64,000 nt of DNA. Source: Octopus vulgaris (lineage: Eukaryota). The notes under the pieces are model-generated. The model did no database searches and was not told the DNA's origin. It saw only the letters and a program-made list of their open reading frames with translations. Numbering within the stretch: position 1 is the stretch's first letter; each line of letters opens with the position of its first letter. The stretch lies in NCBI GenBank assembly GCA_951406725.2, contig OX597827.1, positions 3,906,001 through 3,970,000 of the forward strand, written 5' to 3'. This document shows positions 12,227-25,638 of this stretch, in pieces. The position numbers and the translations under genes are program-made.

Positions 12227-12359
12227 CTAGGTTACTGCTTGGACTCGAACTTGGAATCTTGGGGTTAGTAGCCTGCGCTCTTAACCACACACACACACAA
12301 ACATACATATAATAAAAATAATATACATAATTCCTCATCTCTTAAATATAGAACTCTAT
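11995..12359 (-). mobile_element. Non-autonomous element: tRNA-like head, (TAA)n, hammerhead motif, inverted terminal piece; 12-bp TSD
   Basis: Minus strand GTGGTTAAGAGCGCAGGCTACTAACCCCAAGATTCCAAGTTCGAGTCC (A-box remnant, B box); hammerhead at 12057-12106; TSD TATGATAAAGTT at 11983-11994 and 12360-12371. Confidence 0.75.
12057..12106 (-). ncRNA. Minimal type I hammerhead ribozyme motif (degenerate copy)
   Basis: GACAC-CTGAAGA-A-GGCTG GAGGGTATGT CAGCT-GGAA-CG-TT-ATGTT; GAAA mutated to GGAA. Confidence 0.6.
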
Positions 12360-13069
12360 TATGATAAAGTTATTCCTACCTTGACCATCTCATTTATTTT
12401 TAAGAACATATCCAGGGCCACATTATTCAATGTGTCCATTTTGATCTCAAGACCGCAAATAGGATGTAATTTGAGAGAGCTTTAGCTGCTTTTCTTGCAG
12501 GTCAAGCAACAATTGTAAAAGTTCTCCATTTAAAATCGCTGTTGCTTTTGTTCCTGTTTAATCTCAGGTCAGTTCCTTTGGGAAAGTTCATCTTACAAGG
12601 GAATTTAGGTACCATGAAGTTTTCTTTGTGTCTTTTCATTTTTTTTCAAAATTTGGAAACAAGACTTTTTAAGGGGCCCATGTAAACAAAACTTTGCTTT
12701 CAAAGAAATTATCTGAAGTTTTAGACAAAGAATAACAATTTTTAAAAAAGCAAATAAGACAATTAAACAATGCAGTTGGTCAAAGAATTCCCTAGGGAAT
12801 TAATAGAAAGCAAAATGCATGGACCCCTACCCCTACCCGGAATTCTTCACTGTACTTGTTGCCAACCCTCACCTTACTGACAGTATACCTGTACATGGCT
12901 TGTACAGCTCTCACTAACCACTCATCTATCCCTAGTTCCAGCATTGACCACCAGATAAATATTACAGAACCTGAGAAGATCAGTGCTGTAATTTATCCAC
13001 AGTGCTTTAAAAATGGTATCTAAAAGATAATTTATTTTAATAGCATACTTCTGATAGTGACTTAGCTAT

Positions 13070-13432
13070 TAGAGCAAGGTCATCAGCATAGAGAAGCTCC
13101 CAGGGGCATCTTGTCTTGAATTTCTCTGTTATTGCCTGGTGGACAACTATCCCTAGTCTCTGCATTGACCACCAGATAAGGGATCGGGGGACCCTGTCAA
13201 AGGCTTTCTCCTTGTCAATGAAAGCCGGGTACAGAGGTTTATCTTTGGCTTGGTATTTCTCCTACAGCTGTCTTACCAGAAAAATAGCATCAGTGGTGCT
13301 TTTCCCTAGCACAAACCCAAACTGCATCTCGTCTAAACTGACTTTCTCCCTAATTAGTCGGGCTATGACCCTTTCTGTGACTTTCATTACCTGATCCAAC
13401 AACTTGATACCTCTATAATTATTTGTATCTAA
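13070..13432 (-). mobile_element. RTE LINE reverse-transcriptase fragment, internally deleted
   Basis: NYRGIKLLDQVMKVTERVI..QFGFVLGKSTTDAIFLVRQL..FIDKEKAFDRVPR joined to WELLYADDL. Confidence 0.9.
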
Positions 13433-16057
13433 TCTAATGCATTTTTTAAAAGACAGTAAAAAATCTGAAAGTCGGCTATAAGGATGTAGTCTTCCAGTCT
13501 CATTGCTTTGAAGGTATGTTGTGGAAAAAAAAAAATTGGAGAAAAATGTTACAAAGGTTTAAAAATCGGAAAAACTGTATATTTTTCACCAATAGTGAGA
13601 CAGAAATTTTCTGCGTTTATTAAGCAGTGTCAACTTTTAGGTTGTACCCTGTGAAATTTAGAGTTTAGCATCTGAGAAATCTTATTGTTTCTTTTGTCTC
13701 TTCATTGATTGTATGGTTTTATTATTTTAAAAATTTGTTATATTAATATATATTAGTTTGCATGTGTTTACTTTATGCATATTTCTGTATTATGTATACC
13801 TGTCATGTATTTGTGTACATCATCAATATATAAGTGCATGTGGATGTATGTATTCATATATAGGTTTATATGTACATTTATGCATTCGTGTGTGTGTGTG
13901 TGTATGTATGTGTTTGAGTGTGTGTGAAGGGGGCATCTGTCTTCAAAACTCCAAAGTCGAGTAACATTTTCACGCTTGGATTTGTAAACTACAATAAGAA
14001 TAACACTGGTCAACAAAGAATTTGTCCCAAGGAAAAGAATACCTGTATCTTATATATTTTTGCATGCAGACTTCAAAAGTAATGTCAAATTATCTGTGTC
14101 ACCCACAGTTTCTCTGTTCCAGGATATCTCTCTCAGTTCCTGTTACGTGGGCTAAATTTCAGTTAAGCTGTTGAAATGTGAATCTAACGGTTTAAGAAAT
14201 ACTCCTAATTAAAATTTTTATGAACAGAATTAACCTAGTGAAATCCTAAATCTAGCAATCTGAGTCAATGCATCCACAAAATATGTGAAATGAAAAATAT
14301 GTAAAAATACTAACACACAGAAGCACAGAAAAATGCTGACACAGAGAAGCACAGAAAAATATGTAATATACTAACACACAGAGAAATCAAAACAAAACAC
14401 GTGGGTGAAAAGAATCTCGTGGTGTGAAGAATTGAGTGTGAAAAATCAATGTAGACAACAGTGGCAGAGACAACAGTGAACCACAACACAGCGTTTAGTT
14501 GTCATGGTAACAAACTGCTAATGCCAAGCTGTCTGTTGATTGGCTAAAATCACCCAAATTTCCCAACTTTAATGCCAAATAACATCAGATTCTTTAATTT
14601 ACGAGTTAAACTAATTGGTTGATCGTAATCGAAATTCAGAGTTGCATCAATACACCAAAATTGAAAGCAATCTGAGCAAAATTAAGGGGGTGGGGCTCAT
14701 TGTGTGAATGAGAAAGACTAGATCCCCAATATTGTCCAGGAGGATGGGGCTGAGGTGAAAAACAGTCATAAATTTTCAAAACAAATTTTTATAAAATATC
14801 CCCTACCACCATCACGACCAATACATCACCTCAAAAGCCTGAGTAAAAAATAAAATTGGAAAAATCCCTGTCAAAATGGAGAAAATTAAACTTATGTGGG
14901 CATCCTGATCCAAAACTCCACCTCAATAATTTCATCTCCTTAACAGCATGAGACATAAATATATTGATTTTCATTTTTGACCTACAAATTCAGACAACAA
15001 AAGTATATAGAGCAGAAATAATGCAGACACAAAAGGGTTAAATATTTAGTTTTAAGCCATTTCTTGCAGAAGAAAAAATCTAAGGAGATAATGTTCCAAA
15101 TTTTGTTTTTTATCTCCTACATAAAAAATGATAATATAAGGTTGTGAGGGTGGATAATACTATTTATCTGGTTTAAAATTATTTCAACCCTTACAGGTGT
15201 TCCCCCTTAGTCTCATGGCAACCAATATTTTTAGACCCATTCTGCCACTGCTCACAAGGCTTTGGTTGGCCCAGAATTATTGTATAAGACACTTACTCAA
15301 GGTACCACACAATGGGACTGAACATGAAATTAGATGTGCAGTTTAGTCTAGAGTAAATCTACAGCACCTTTTGCCATTTTCGGATTGATGCCACAATATG
15401 GCATCCTTCTTATGACAGATCGATCACAAACAGAAACACATCAAGTAATAGACACTGTTAGTTCCAACTCATATTTCATTTTCTGCTAGCAGAAAATTAG
15501 ATATTGATATGATATGTCAGTGCTCATATCACCAACAGTTCTCTTGTAAATGCTGCCAGCAAGAGAAGAACATTGTGTGAGTGACAAATTTTGTTTTGTA
15601 TCACTGTAGCTGAAGTTTATTGTCATCTGGGAAAGACCACAGAAAGACCATGAATGAAATTTGCTTCCTGAACTTTTCACAGAGTTTCTACTGTTAGAAT
15701 TTGGTGTCTTTTGTGTAAGCACTATTTAGTTGTGTTTGAATCACCCTCCCGCCAGGCATTCAGCTGACATTGACAATGGGCTATGGTGAAGAGGGAAAAG
15801 AAATTTTTAGAAACATCACATGCAAAACAGTTCTACCACCAGGATAAACAAAACTGCTGAAGGAATTGTTGCAGAAAATCTCTCATGGCTTAGACCTTCG
15901 GCTGCATTCCTCAGATTAGGATGTTTAGTCCATCAGCTTTTGTTCCACTTCAACAAAATATATTTTGAAATCTGAGAAAGCCACAAGCTTTTTATTGTTG
16001 TTGTGGTTGTTACCACCACCACCACCACCACTTCCTCCACCACCACCACCACCACCA

Positions 16058-16215
16058 GTCTGCTTTCCATGCTGGCATGTGTTGGATGGTTTGACAGGAG
16101 CTGGCAAGCCACAAGAGTGTACCAAGATTTATTTTCTGCTCTGACATGGCTGGATCCCCTTCCTAATGCCAACCATTTTATGGAGTTTACTGGGTGGTTT
16201 TGTACGTGGCACCAG
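16058..16215 (-). mobile_element. RTE-type 3' end SINE
   Basis: Reverse complement of family at 3805-4048; abuts (CAC)n tract. Confidence 0.7.
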
Positions 16216-16974
16216 CACAAGTGAGATCACCAAGTAACTTGCAAGACAAGACTCCTCAGCTGAGTGAAGTGGCTGTGAGCCAGGTAATGAGGTGTTAGAA
16301 TATGATACAGGGACTGGAACATGTATCTTGCAGTAGAGCAGATACATGGCTTCCCATTTGGAAGGAGAAAGAAGTGAGGAGAAATTGGTAAAACAAAATG
16401 GAAAGCGTTTATAGCCTGTAGCTTTTTGTATTTTTTTCATTGAAACAAATCATACACCCTTAATTTGATTTTCATTTATACAACAAAATCTACAAAAGTT
16501 TCATGGAAATCACTTTCAGCCATGACACTGCATGTCAGTGATGTCAGTGATTTGCCATCACTGACTTATCTAATGGTGAGTTAAAGTGAAAGCCTCTGCA
16601 TGATCAACCCATTTGCAATAAAAAGCTAACTTCTCAGTCAATATACATTTTAGTTAAACTACTGTTAGCATATTTCATAAAGAAAGCATCAGAAATCTGT
16701 TGGAAATAAGTGTGGCGAGGAAAAGAAAACATTAACAAAATAACTAGTATTATTTTTATTATTTTGGCAAGTATGGGAGACAACTGTAAACATGTTTTGG
16801 CATTATTACACCTCATCAGCAAAGCAGACTTTCTTGTATATTTGCCAAAATCCAGCTGCTCACAAGCTTCTATGATATTAGGTTTTTTGAAACAGATTTC
16901 CCAGTCTATGGCACAGGTTTATTTGATCAGGATTGTTCAAGAATTAAACAACAACAACAATAGCAGTTAGATTA

Positions 16975-17578
16975 AAAGTTAGTGTTGAGTTCTCAATTCT
17001 ACTTACTGATTATTTCATCTAAACCCTTCTCTGTATCTTCTGCCTGGGTATCTTGGCTTTTCCCTTCATTTTATTTTAGGTGTGTCGTATTTCTTGTTTG
17101 TATTAATAGTAATGATCAACTTGTGATACATGGTACCGTCTGAAATATTTGAAATAACTCTTGCCAAGGATAAGTCATATTTCTGCAAGAGAGCTTGTTC
17201 ACATCATATCATCTGTCTGCTTGATCAGAATTGACCAGGGGTTAAACAACAACAACAACAACAGCAACAACAACAACAACAGCAACAGCAACAGCAGCAG
17301 CTGCAGCAACAGCAGCAGCAAGCTTAAAAGTTAGTGTCAAGATTCATTGCTAAATTCCACTTCCAAAAACCACTTCCTCTAAACTTTTCCCCCCATATAT
17401 TCTATCCCTCTAAACCCCCCCGCCTTCCCCTTCATTTTAGTTCAGGTATGACATTGCTTGGATGTTTCTTGTCTGTTCTAAAGATCAACTTATGACATGT
17501 TGTGTCATCTGAAAAAGTGAAATAACTTTGGCAAGAATCAGTCAGATTTCTGCAAGAGAGTTTGTTCTCATCTTATCT
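16975..17578. repeat. Old tandem duplication of a ~240-300 bp unit separated by (CAA)/(CAG)n
   Basis: TTAAAAGTTAGTGT..CCCTTCATTTTA..GATCAACTT..TGAAATAACT..TTTCTGCAAGAGAG..TTGTTC in both 16975-17210 and 17324-17578. Confidence 0.8.
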
Positions 17579-18259
17579 TTCGTAACTATTGTTTTGCTAA
17601 ACAATAAGGTTTTCCGGATCCATTACCAAAGAGCTTCAGATATTCATGCATGATTCTTATCATATCAGCTGCATAGATTTGTCTATTTTATTCTCTTCTA
17701 TTCTATTTTTTTCTCTTATCTAACTCAATTATTAATTGAATTATTAAAGTGTGTTCTATATATATGTATTACATTCATGCTTGTGTATTATGTTCTGCTT
17801 ATGTGCATATGCACGTACGTCTATGCCTGTATATTTGTGTGCATTTTTGTGAGTGGTGGTGGTGGTGGTGGTGGTGGAAGTGTGACTGTATGCACATATA
17901 AGGTACTCTATTTTGCAGGTGCTTTGCTTGATATTACTTCAAAGCCATACAAATTTTGCTAATGCAATTTACATTTTGATATTGGTAGCTGTCATATCAA
18001 GCTTTAAAACATTCATATAAATGATATGTCTATCTGTGTGTGTGTGTATGTGGTTTTATAAATACTGGTATGTATCTGAATATTAGAAAGCCTCACTGTG
18101 AGTATAATAAAAGTGTAAACACATTCTTTCTACGTTCTGATGTGAGTGTGTGTGTGTGGTTTGTGCATGCGCTAATGTATATCTGTATATGTGTGAGGTG
18201 GTTGGAAAAGATGTAACTGTAAAACATCTGTTTAAATGATGTGTTTATATGCCTTTATA

Positions 18260-18401
<142 letters not shown>

Positions 18402-19252
18402 GTACATTAATTTGCTCGTGTGTCTATTTTTGTGTAAAAATAAAAATGTGTGTACATGTATATGCATGCCAATATGTATGTAGAGTTGTATAAATATGAA
18501 TGCGTTTGTATGCCCATGCATACACACATGCAAGCACACACACACACACACATAAGCACAGAGACACACTTACACACACAAAATCACAGATATACATATA
18601 TTAGTGCTTTTGTGTGTAAGAGTGTGTCTGTGCTTATATGTGTGTGTGTGTGTATCCATGAATGTTTGTTTTATAGAGATCCATATATGTGTATTAAGAG
18701 TGAATGAATGCATATAAATGAATTCTATGTGTGTCTGTGAATGTTTAGCATATGTATGTCCATACATGTGTGTGTATTATATGTATGTGTGTGTGTGTGT
18801 GCCTGCCTGCTTGAGTATCAAAGGAGGTGTATTTCAATGTCATCAATTTAATTTTTATTAACATAAGATTGCGACATCTTTTACAACAAAGTGAGTGTAT
18901 TTTATTTCATTTCTCAATAGTTTTTCATCTTGTAATTTATTTTATCTCATTAATTAATTAATTTTACACATTTATTCGTTTTTTTACTTAAAAATTTAAT
19001 ATTGCACAGACACACACACACACCACACACACAAGTACATATGCTTGTAAATAATATATATTTGGATATATATATATATGTAATATATGTGTATTTGTAT
19101 GTGTACGGTTTTGTATGTATGTTTATAGCTGTGTGTCTACTACACAAGTATCTGTAGCTAAAGATGAATACTTTGCTTTTTATATTTTCTATAATTTCTA
19201 TATTTCATAATGACATACAAAGTACGGTAGAGTTTTCTTTGACATTCTTCAT

Positions 19253-19294
<42 letters not shown>

Positions 19295-19309
19295 CACACA
19301 CTCACACAC

Positions 19310-19543
19310 ATATACATAAATACATACATGCGTACGTACATACATACATACATACATACATACATGCATACATACATACATACATACATAAATACATACA
19401 TACATACATACATTCATACATACATACATGCATACATACATACATGCATGCATACATACATACATACATAAATGCATACATACATACATACATATATACA
19501 TACATGCATACATACATACATGCATGCATACATACACACATAC

Positions 19544-19574
<31 letters not shown>

Positions 19575-19600
19575 CATACATACATACAAACACATATACA
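19310..19600. repeat. (ACAT)n microsatellite
   Basis: Direct reading. Confidence 0.95.
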
Positions 19601-19620
19601 ATACAGACTGTGATTTTATT

Positions 19621-19671
19621 GAGTTACATCTGAAGAGGTGTTGCCTGAAATTCTGTTCGGAGTTTGGAGTC
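19621..19671 (+). ncRNA. Degenerate type I hammerhead-like motif
   Basis: CTGAAGA-GG TGTTG CC-T-GAAA-TTCTG TT CGGAG-TT; intact core and stem III, weak stem I. Confidence 0.4.
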
Positions 19672-19804
19672 TGCTATTTGATGCTTGTGCAGTTTTCTAT
19701 GCAGCCACCAAAACTAATTTGTTGATGTTGTTGTTTTTATTGTTACTTAGTCCAAGTTTTCCCTACTTAGTGGGCTTAATATTCCAATTGCTGTACTCTG
19801 TTTT

Positions 19805-20060
19805 TACTCTTGTACTTGTTTCAGTCATTTGACAATGGCCATGCTGGAGCACCGCCTTTAGTCGAGCAAATCGACCCCACAACTTATTCTTTGTAAGCCT
19901 AGTACTTATTCTATCAGTCTCTTTTGCCGAACCGCTAAGTTACAGGGACGTAAACACACTGGCATCGGTTGTCAAGCGATGTTGGGGGGTCAAATAGAAA
20001 CACACAACCACAGATGTTGGGGGGGGGGGGGACAAACACAGACACACAAACACACGTGCA
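19805..20060 (-). mobile_element. 3' half of abundant tRNA SINE
   Basis: Reverse complement of 21020-21226. Confidence 0.85.
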
Positions 20061-20251
20061 TATATATATACATATACATTGTTGTTGTTGTTATTGTTGT
20101 TGTTGTTTAGTTCCTTTACAATGAAATGAGTTGATGAATAAGTGAGATTTCCTATAAGTTTGTTCATGTAGTAACTCTTACTGTATCTATCCATCTATCT
20201 ATCCATCTATCAGTCACTTAATCAGTTGTATATGCCTGAGGTGTGTGTGTG

Positions 20252-20291
<40 letters not shown>

Positions 20292-20305
20292 TAGATAGAT
20301 GCAGA

Positions 20306-20344
<39 letters not shown>

Positions 20345-20810
20345 TGATAAGGTGCTAAAATATTTTATACCTTGTATCTATAACAGAAGTATCTTTTGCT
20401 TTCCATCAAAAGCATTTGTCCATCGTTTATTTAATAACAGGACCAAATGCTTCCACTAGAAGAAGTTCAAGAGGATTGTAAAAAAGCAGACAAATTCTTA
20501 TATTTACTTCAATTAAGATTGTTCAAATGTTCAAAACTTTTAAAAATTGTCCAATGCTCTGGTGAAGAAAGAAGAATTACCATATCTACTCATGTATAAG
20601 TTGCATTATTTTATTCTTGATTTTAACTGGAAAAACTGGGGTGCAACTTATACACAGAGCAAAGCTTATATCAACTTTGGATAGGAAGGGAGAATTTCTG
20701 TACCAAGATTTAACACAAAATTAGGGGTGTAACTTATACATGAGTGCAACTAATGCATGAGGAAATACAGGAGACACATGGGACAGAAAGTCACTGGAAA
20801 GGTTACAATA

Positions 20811-21226
20811 TAGGCGCAGGAGTGGCTGTGTGGTAAGTAGCTTGTTTACCAACCACATGGTCCCGGGTTCAGCCCCACTGCGTGGCACCTTGGGCAAGTG
20901 TCTTCTATTATAGCCTCGGGCCGACCAAAGCCTTGTGAGTGGATTTGGTAGACGGAAACTGAAAAGAAGCCCGTCGTATATATGTATATATATATATATA
21001 TGCGTGTGTGCGTGTTTGTTTGTGTGTCTGTGTTTGTCCCCCTAGCATTGCTTGACAACTGATGCTGGTGTGTTTATGTCTCCGTTACTTAGCGGTTCGG
21101 CAAAAGAGACCGATAGAATAAGCACTGGGCTTACCGGGGTCGAGTTGCTCGATTAAAGGCAGTGCTCCAGCATGGTCGCAGTCAGATGACTGAAACATGT
21201 AAAAGAGTAAAAGAGTAAAAAGAGTA
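20811..21226 (+). mobile_element. Full-length tRNA-derived SINE with internal (TA)n(TG)n and (GTAAAAGA)n tail
   Basis: A box TGGCTGTGTGG, B box GGTTCAGCCCC, GGCACCTTGGGCAAGTG core; near-identical copy at 45817-46240. Confidence 0.9.
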
Positions 21227-21319
21227 ATGTGTAACAAAAGAACCACATGGTTGCAAAGCAAGCTCTTTAACCACACAGCCATTCTTGTACCTATATTAAT
21301 TTATGGAAAAAAAAAGTAA

Positions 21320-21478
21320 TCCTGTTATTGGTGTGTCGTTTGCATGGGGCTGAAAGATGGAGGTAGATGAAAGATTCTGTAAAGAGGATCCAGGCCCTTT
21401 ATCAGTAAATGCTTCTGGAGGATGCTCAAGATCCACTGGACAAAGAAAATCTGCAACATAATCACTTGGCAGCAAACC
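21320..21478 (+). mobile_element. Decayed RTE LINE coding fragment
   Basis: With one frameshift reads LHGAERW..KRIQAFISKCFWRMLKIHWTKKICNIITWQQT, like RTE LYG.E.W..LQ.F.NRCLRRIL.I.W.DKISN..LW. Confidence 0.7.
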
Positions 21479-21657
21479 TGAATCACCTAGTAATTATGGT
21501 GTATGTGGTTGTGTATTCCACACACATACACATTTCAATCCTTAATGGAATCCTCAGGGATAATCATCAAGACTCAGAATGGCTTAGTTTTGCAGACATA
21601 GTTCACCTGATAAGTTTCACATTTAATATCTGTTCAGTTTTACTTATATAAGGTTTT
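21475..21657 (+). repeat. 183-bp segment duplicated at 32796-32978
   Basis: About 3 substitutions between copies by eye. Confidence 0.9.
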
Positions 21658-22942
21658 ACTTATATAAGGTTAATACACACTGGATTAAACACATCCTCAA
21701 AAGAACCCAGTACTACACGACTCCACAGTTCCTCAGATGAAAGTCATAGGACAACAGAAAAAGAGAGTGCAAATGCACCCACGCTGGCAGCACATAAAAA
21801 GCACTCAGCACATCTGTAAAGTGGTTGACATTAGAAAGGGCATACAGCCAGAGAAACCATGCCAAAACAGACAATCTCCAACTGGCCACCTCCTGTCAAA
21901 CCGTCCAACCCATACCAGCATGGAAAACAGATGTCAAGTGATGATTATAATAAGGAATAGTCATTGACCAAATTTTTTCCACCACATAATTATTTTAATT
22001 CAGTTTCTTTAATGAGCACTACATTGAAAATGTTAACACTGTATCCATCATATTTCACACACCTGGCTCACCTGACTAATTACCTTATGTTTAAAACACA
22101 CTTCTAAGGATACTTGAATATCAAACTTTGTTCATGCCTATGTGTGGATGTATGTATCTATGTGTGTGTATATGTATGTGTGTATATATATGTACATGAG
22201 TTGTTGCAGTTCAGCCCCCAGGTCAATCTTGATTAAGCAAACTTATGAAGAAAGGCATTCAACCATGATCCCTGTGGCCCCTTTCCAGGTATAACACTTC
22301 TATCACTGAATAATCCAATGTCTACTTCCAAATTTTCTTAAAATAGCAGGGGATAATTTGAGGAAAATTTGGCTGCTGTTTTTAGCAGACCAAATGATTA
22401 AATTGGCTTATGTTTTTCCCTTTGTGTGTGTGCATGTGGCTATGCTTTGAGTGTAAATGCGATTGTAATAATAGGCTTGAAAAATAAATAATAAACAGAT
22501 TTTAATCAAAGTAACATTTTTCTTTGTTCTTTCTTTTTTTCTAAATTCATTTTTTAAACTTTGTGGTGGTGGTGGTGGTGGTGGTGGTGGGTGTATGTTA
22601 ATTTTCTTCAAGAATAAAAACACCCAGCAGAGCCAACATCTTTATTAATGTCTCCACCCTCTCTACTCTTCCTTTTTATGCTTTCACTCTCCTCTCTCCT
22701 CACTCCTTCTCCCTCTCTCCATACTTTTCTCCATTTTCTCACACTATTCACTTCTTCCAAATTTTCTCTCATTAATTTCTCTTTAATTCTCACTCAGTCT
22801 TATATCCTTATATGTTCATGCAATTTGTTTCTACCTTCTTCTCAGTCTTCTCCTCCATCCTATAACAAGATCTCTCTCCAGCTTTCTCTGATAGACATGC
22901 ATCTATATATATATATATATATATATACATATATATATACAT

Positions 22943-22977
<35 letters not shown>

Positions 22978-23253
22978 TACACATATATATATTTATATAT
23001 TTATATATATATGTATATATATAGATATATACATATAAATATATATATACATATATATACACATATATATCTATATATATACACACACACATGTATGTAT
23101 GTACAAATGTATAAACACATACATGTATTCTATGCATATCTATAATACAATTGTCCTATATAACAGTCAGGCCTTCAAAGATAAAAAAAATTTGAAAACT
23201 AATGCCTTACTTATAAGGCAATTTGAATGTGCGTGTGTGCATGTGTGTGTATG

Positions 23254-23291
<38 letters not shown>

Positions 23292-23452
23292 TAAATGGTG
23301 ATAATATGATAATAAAATATGCATATTAACCATAAGCTTCAGAAATCTAACTTTGTGCACGCCATCGTAAACAGTAAAAAGTCATACGTATGTGTACGTA
23401 TGTCTAAAGAACTTGGAGAATACACACATTTTTCTTACTCTTACTGTCCTCT

Positions 23453-23499
<47 letters not shown>

Positions 23500-23705
23500 T
23501 CACACATATACATATGAATATATATGTATATACATAAATACCTACATACATGTATGTATAAAAATATATATACGTGTGGCAATATATAAAAAAATGATTC
23601 TATGAAACCCACGAACAAAGGAAATGAAACTAAAAATATATGATTAAAAAATAACAATAACAAAAACTCTCCCTCTCTGTACATAAATACATATGTATGT
23701 ATGAG

Positions 23706-23739
<34 letters not shown>

Positions 23740-24355
23740 AAGAGGGGGGAGAAAGAAAGAGAGAAAAGAGAGGGAGAGAGAGATGGATAGATAAATAGAT
23801 AAATAGCCAGCTGGCTTGCTTGCTAGATAGATACATAGATAGAGATATATAACCCAAATACCCAAATACCCAAGTATATTCAAATTATTATTCATCAAAA
23901 GCTAAAAGGAGGAGAAAAAAGATAACGTAAAATAAGATTAAAAAAATGGAATTGATGAAAAGTATGTAATTGATGGCCGTGTAAACCAACTCTAACAAAA
24001 AAAAATTTTTTTTTAAATAAAAATAAAATAAAAAACACAGAAAAAAATGTTATATGAAACAGGTAGGAGATAATCAAAGGATATCATGCAATAAATGGTA
24101 AATTGCAAACATTACATGGATAACAATCAGCAAATGACCTGAACTGAGGTGAAATGATATGGAATGGAATGGTAAATGAAAGAAGCAAATGAACACATTT
24201 AAAGCTCTTCAGAAATGTATGTATGTATGTATGTATGTATGTATGTATGTATGTATGTATGTATGTATGTATGTATGTATGTATGTATATATATATATGT
24301 ATGTATATATGTGTGTATGTAAGTATGTATGAATGTACTTACATATATATGTAGA

Positions 24356-24399
<44 letters not shown>

Positions 24400-24947
24400 T
24401 GTATATATGTATGTTTTTCAAAATTCAATTTGGGTTTAATTTTTCTTTTAATTGAATGTTGTTGTAGTTGCTGTTTTGATTGCATTGTTATTGTTGGTGA
24501 TGGCTGTGTTGTTGTTGTTGTTGTTGATGATGGTGGTGGTGGTGGTGGGTGGGGGCTGGTGCTGGTGCTGGGGGTAGTGGTGTTTTGTGTGTGTGTGAGT
24601 CTGTTTTTTTTCTTGTTTTCTTTCTTTTGGAAATTTAATTGAAATATTTCAAACAGACAGATAAATAACATGATACATTGAAAACATTAATGGAATATGT
24701 GATGTGTGTGTGTGCGCGTGTTTGTGTGTGTGTGTGTGTGTATCTATAGATGTATATATATATCTGAGTGTATGTTTGTATGTATTTGCATGCACACGTA
24801 TCTGCATATAAATAAATATATTTGTATATCTGGAAATATACAATAAGTGTGTATATATATATATAGCTCACGCTCTATCTCTCTTTCTCCCTGTATGCAT
24901 ACACACACATATTCATATATATATATATATATATAAAAAAATATATG

Positions 24948-24997
<50 letters not shown>

Positions 24998-25121
24998 TAT
25001 ATACATGCATATATATTTATACATGTATATATATACACATATATAAGTATAAATGTATGTAGGTATGTATGTATGCCTATATGGTGCATTGTATAGTTCT
25101 CTCTGTAAATAGGAAAGAGAA

Positions 25122-25166
<45 letters not shown>

Positions 25167-25638
25167 AACAGACAGACAGACAGAGACGGCATTAGCAATA
25201 TAAATTTTAATTTTGCTGAATTGTATATCAGATACAAGAGAAAGGTGATAATGTTTGAACATATTGTGTGTTCATATGTTTTTTTTTTCATCTGAAAACA
25301 CAACAGTGTTCAATCTTTTGACCTGTACTGAATTACAACTTTTATACAAAATATCAAATGAATTTATGCCCAGCACAAGTGCAAGCTGTATTTGAGAATT
25401 GACGATGATGATGATGATGATGGTAACAGTGATGATGATGATGTTGATGATGTTGAATTGTTATACAAACAGGAAACCACTGGTGGGTCAAAGAGTATTG
25501 ATTAGTGTGATTGTAATATTATACTTATACTTATTTGTATATATATAGCTGTAGTTTGTGTATACACATATGTGTGCATATGTATATAAATATATGAATG
25601 TGTGTGTGTATGTCTTTTATATATATATATATATATAT

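Noticed and set aside
15380-15920. Unique-looking sequence with a 78-aa ORF
   Set aside because: No splice pattern or recognisable motif; more likely a heavily decayed TE, family not assignable by eye
21296-21476. Minus-strand open frame GLLPSDYVADFLCPVDLEHPP.. after a TTCAG acceptor-like site
   Set aside because: The plus strand explains it as an RTE LINE relic
21490-21570. Minus-strand CTGAGGA..GAAA followed by a long hairpin as a hammerhead
   Set aside because: Stem II base is mismatched and no stem I pairing was found
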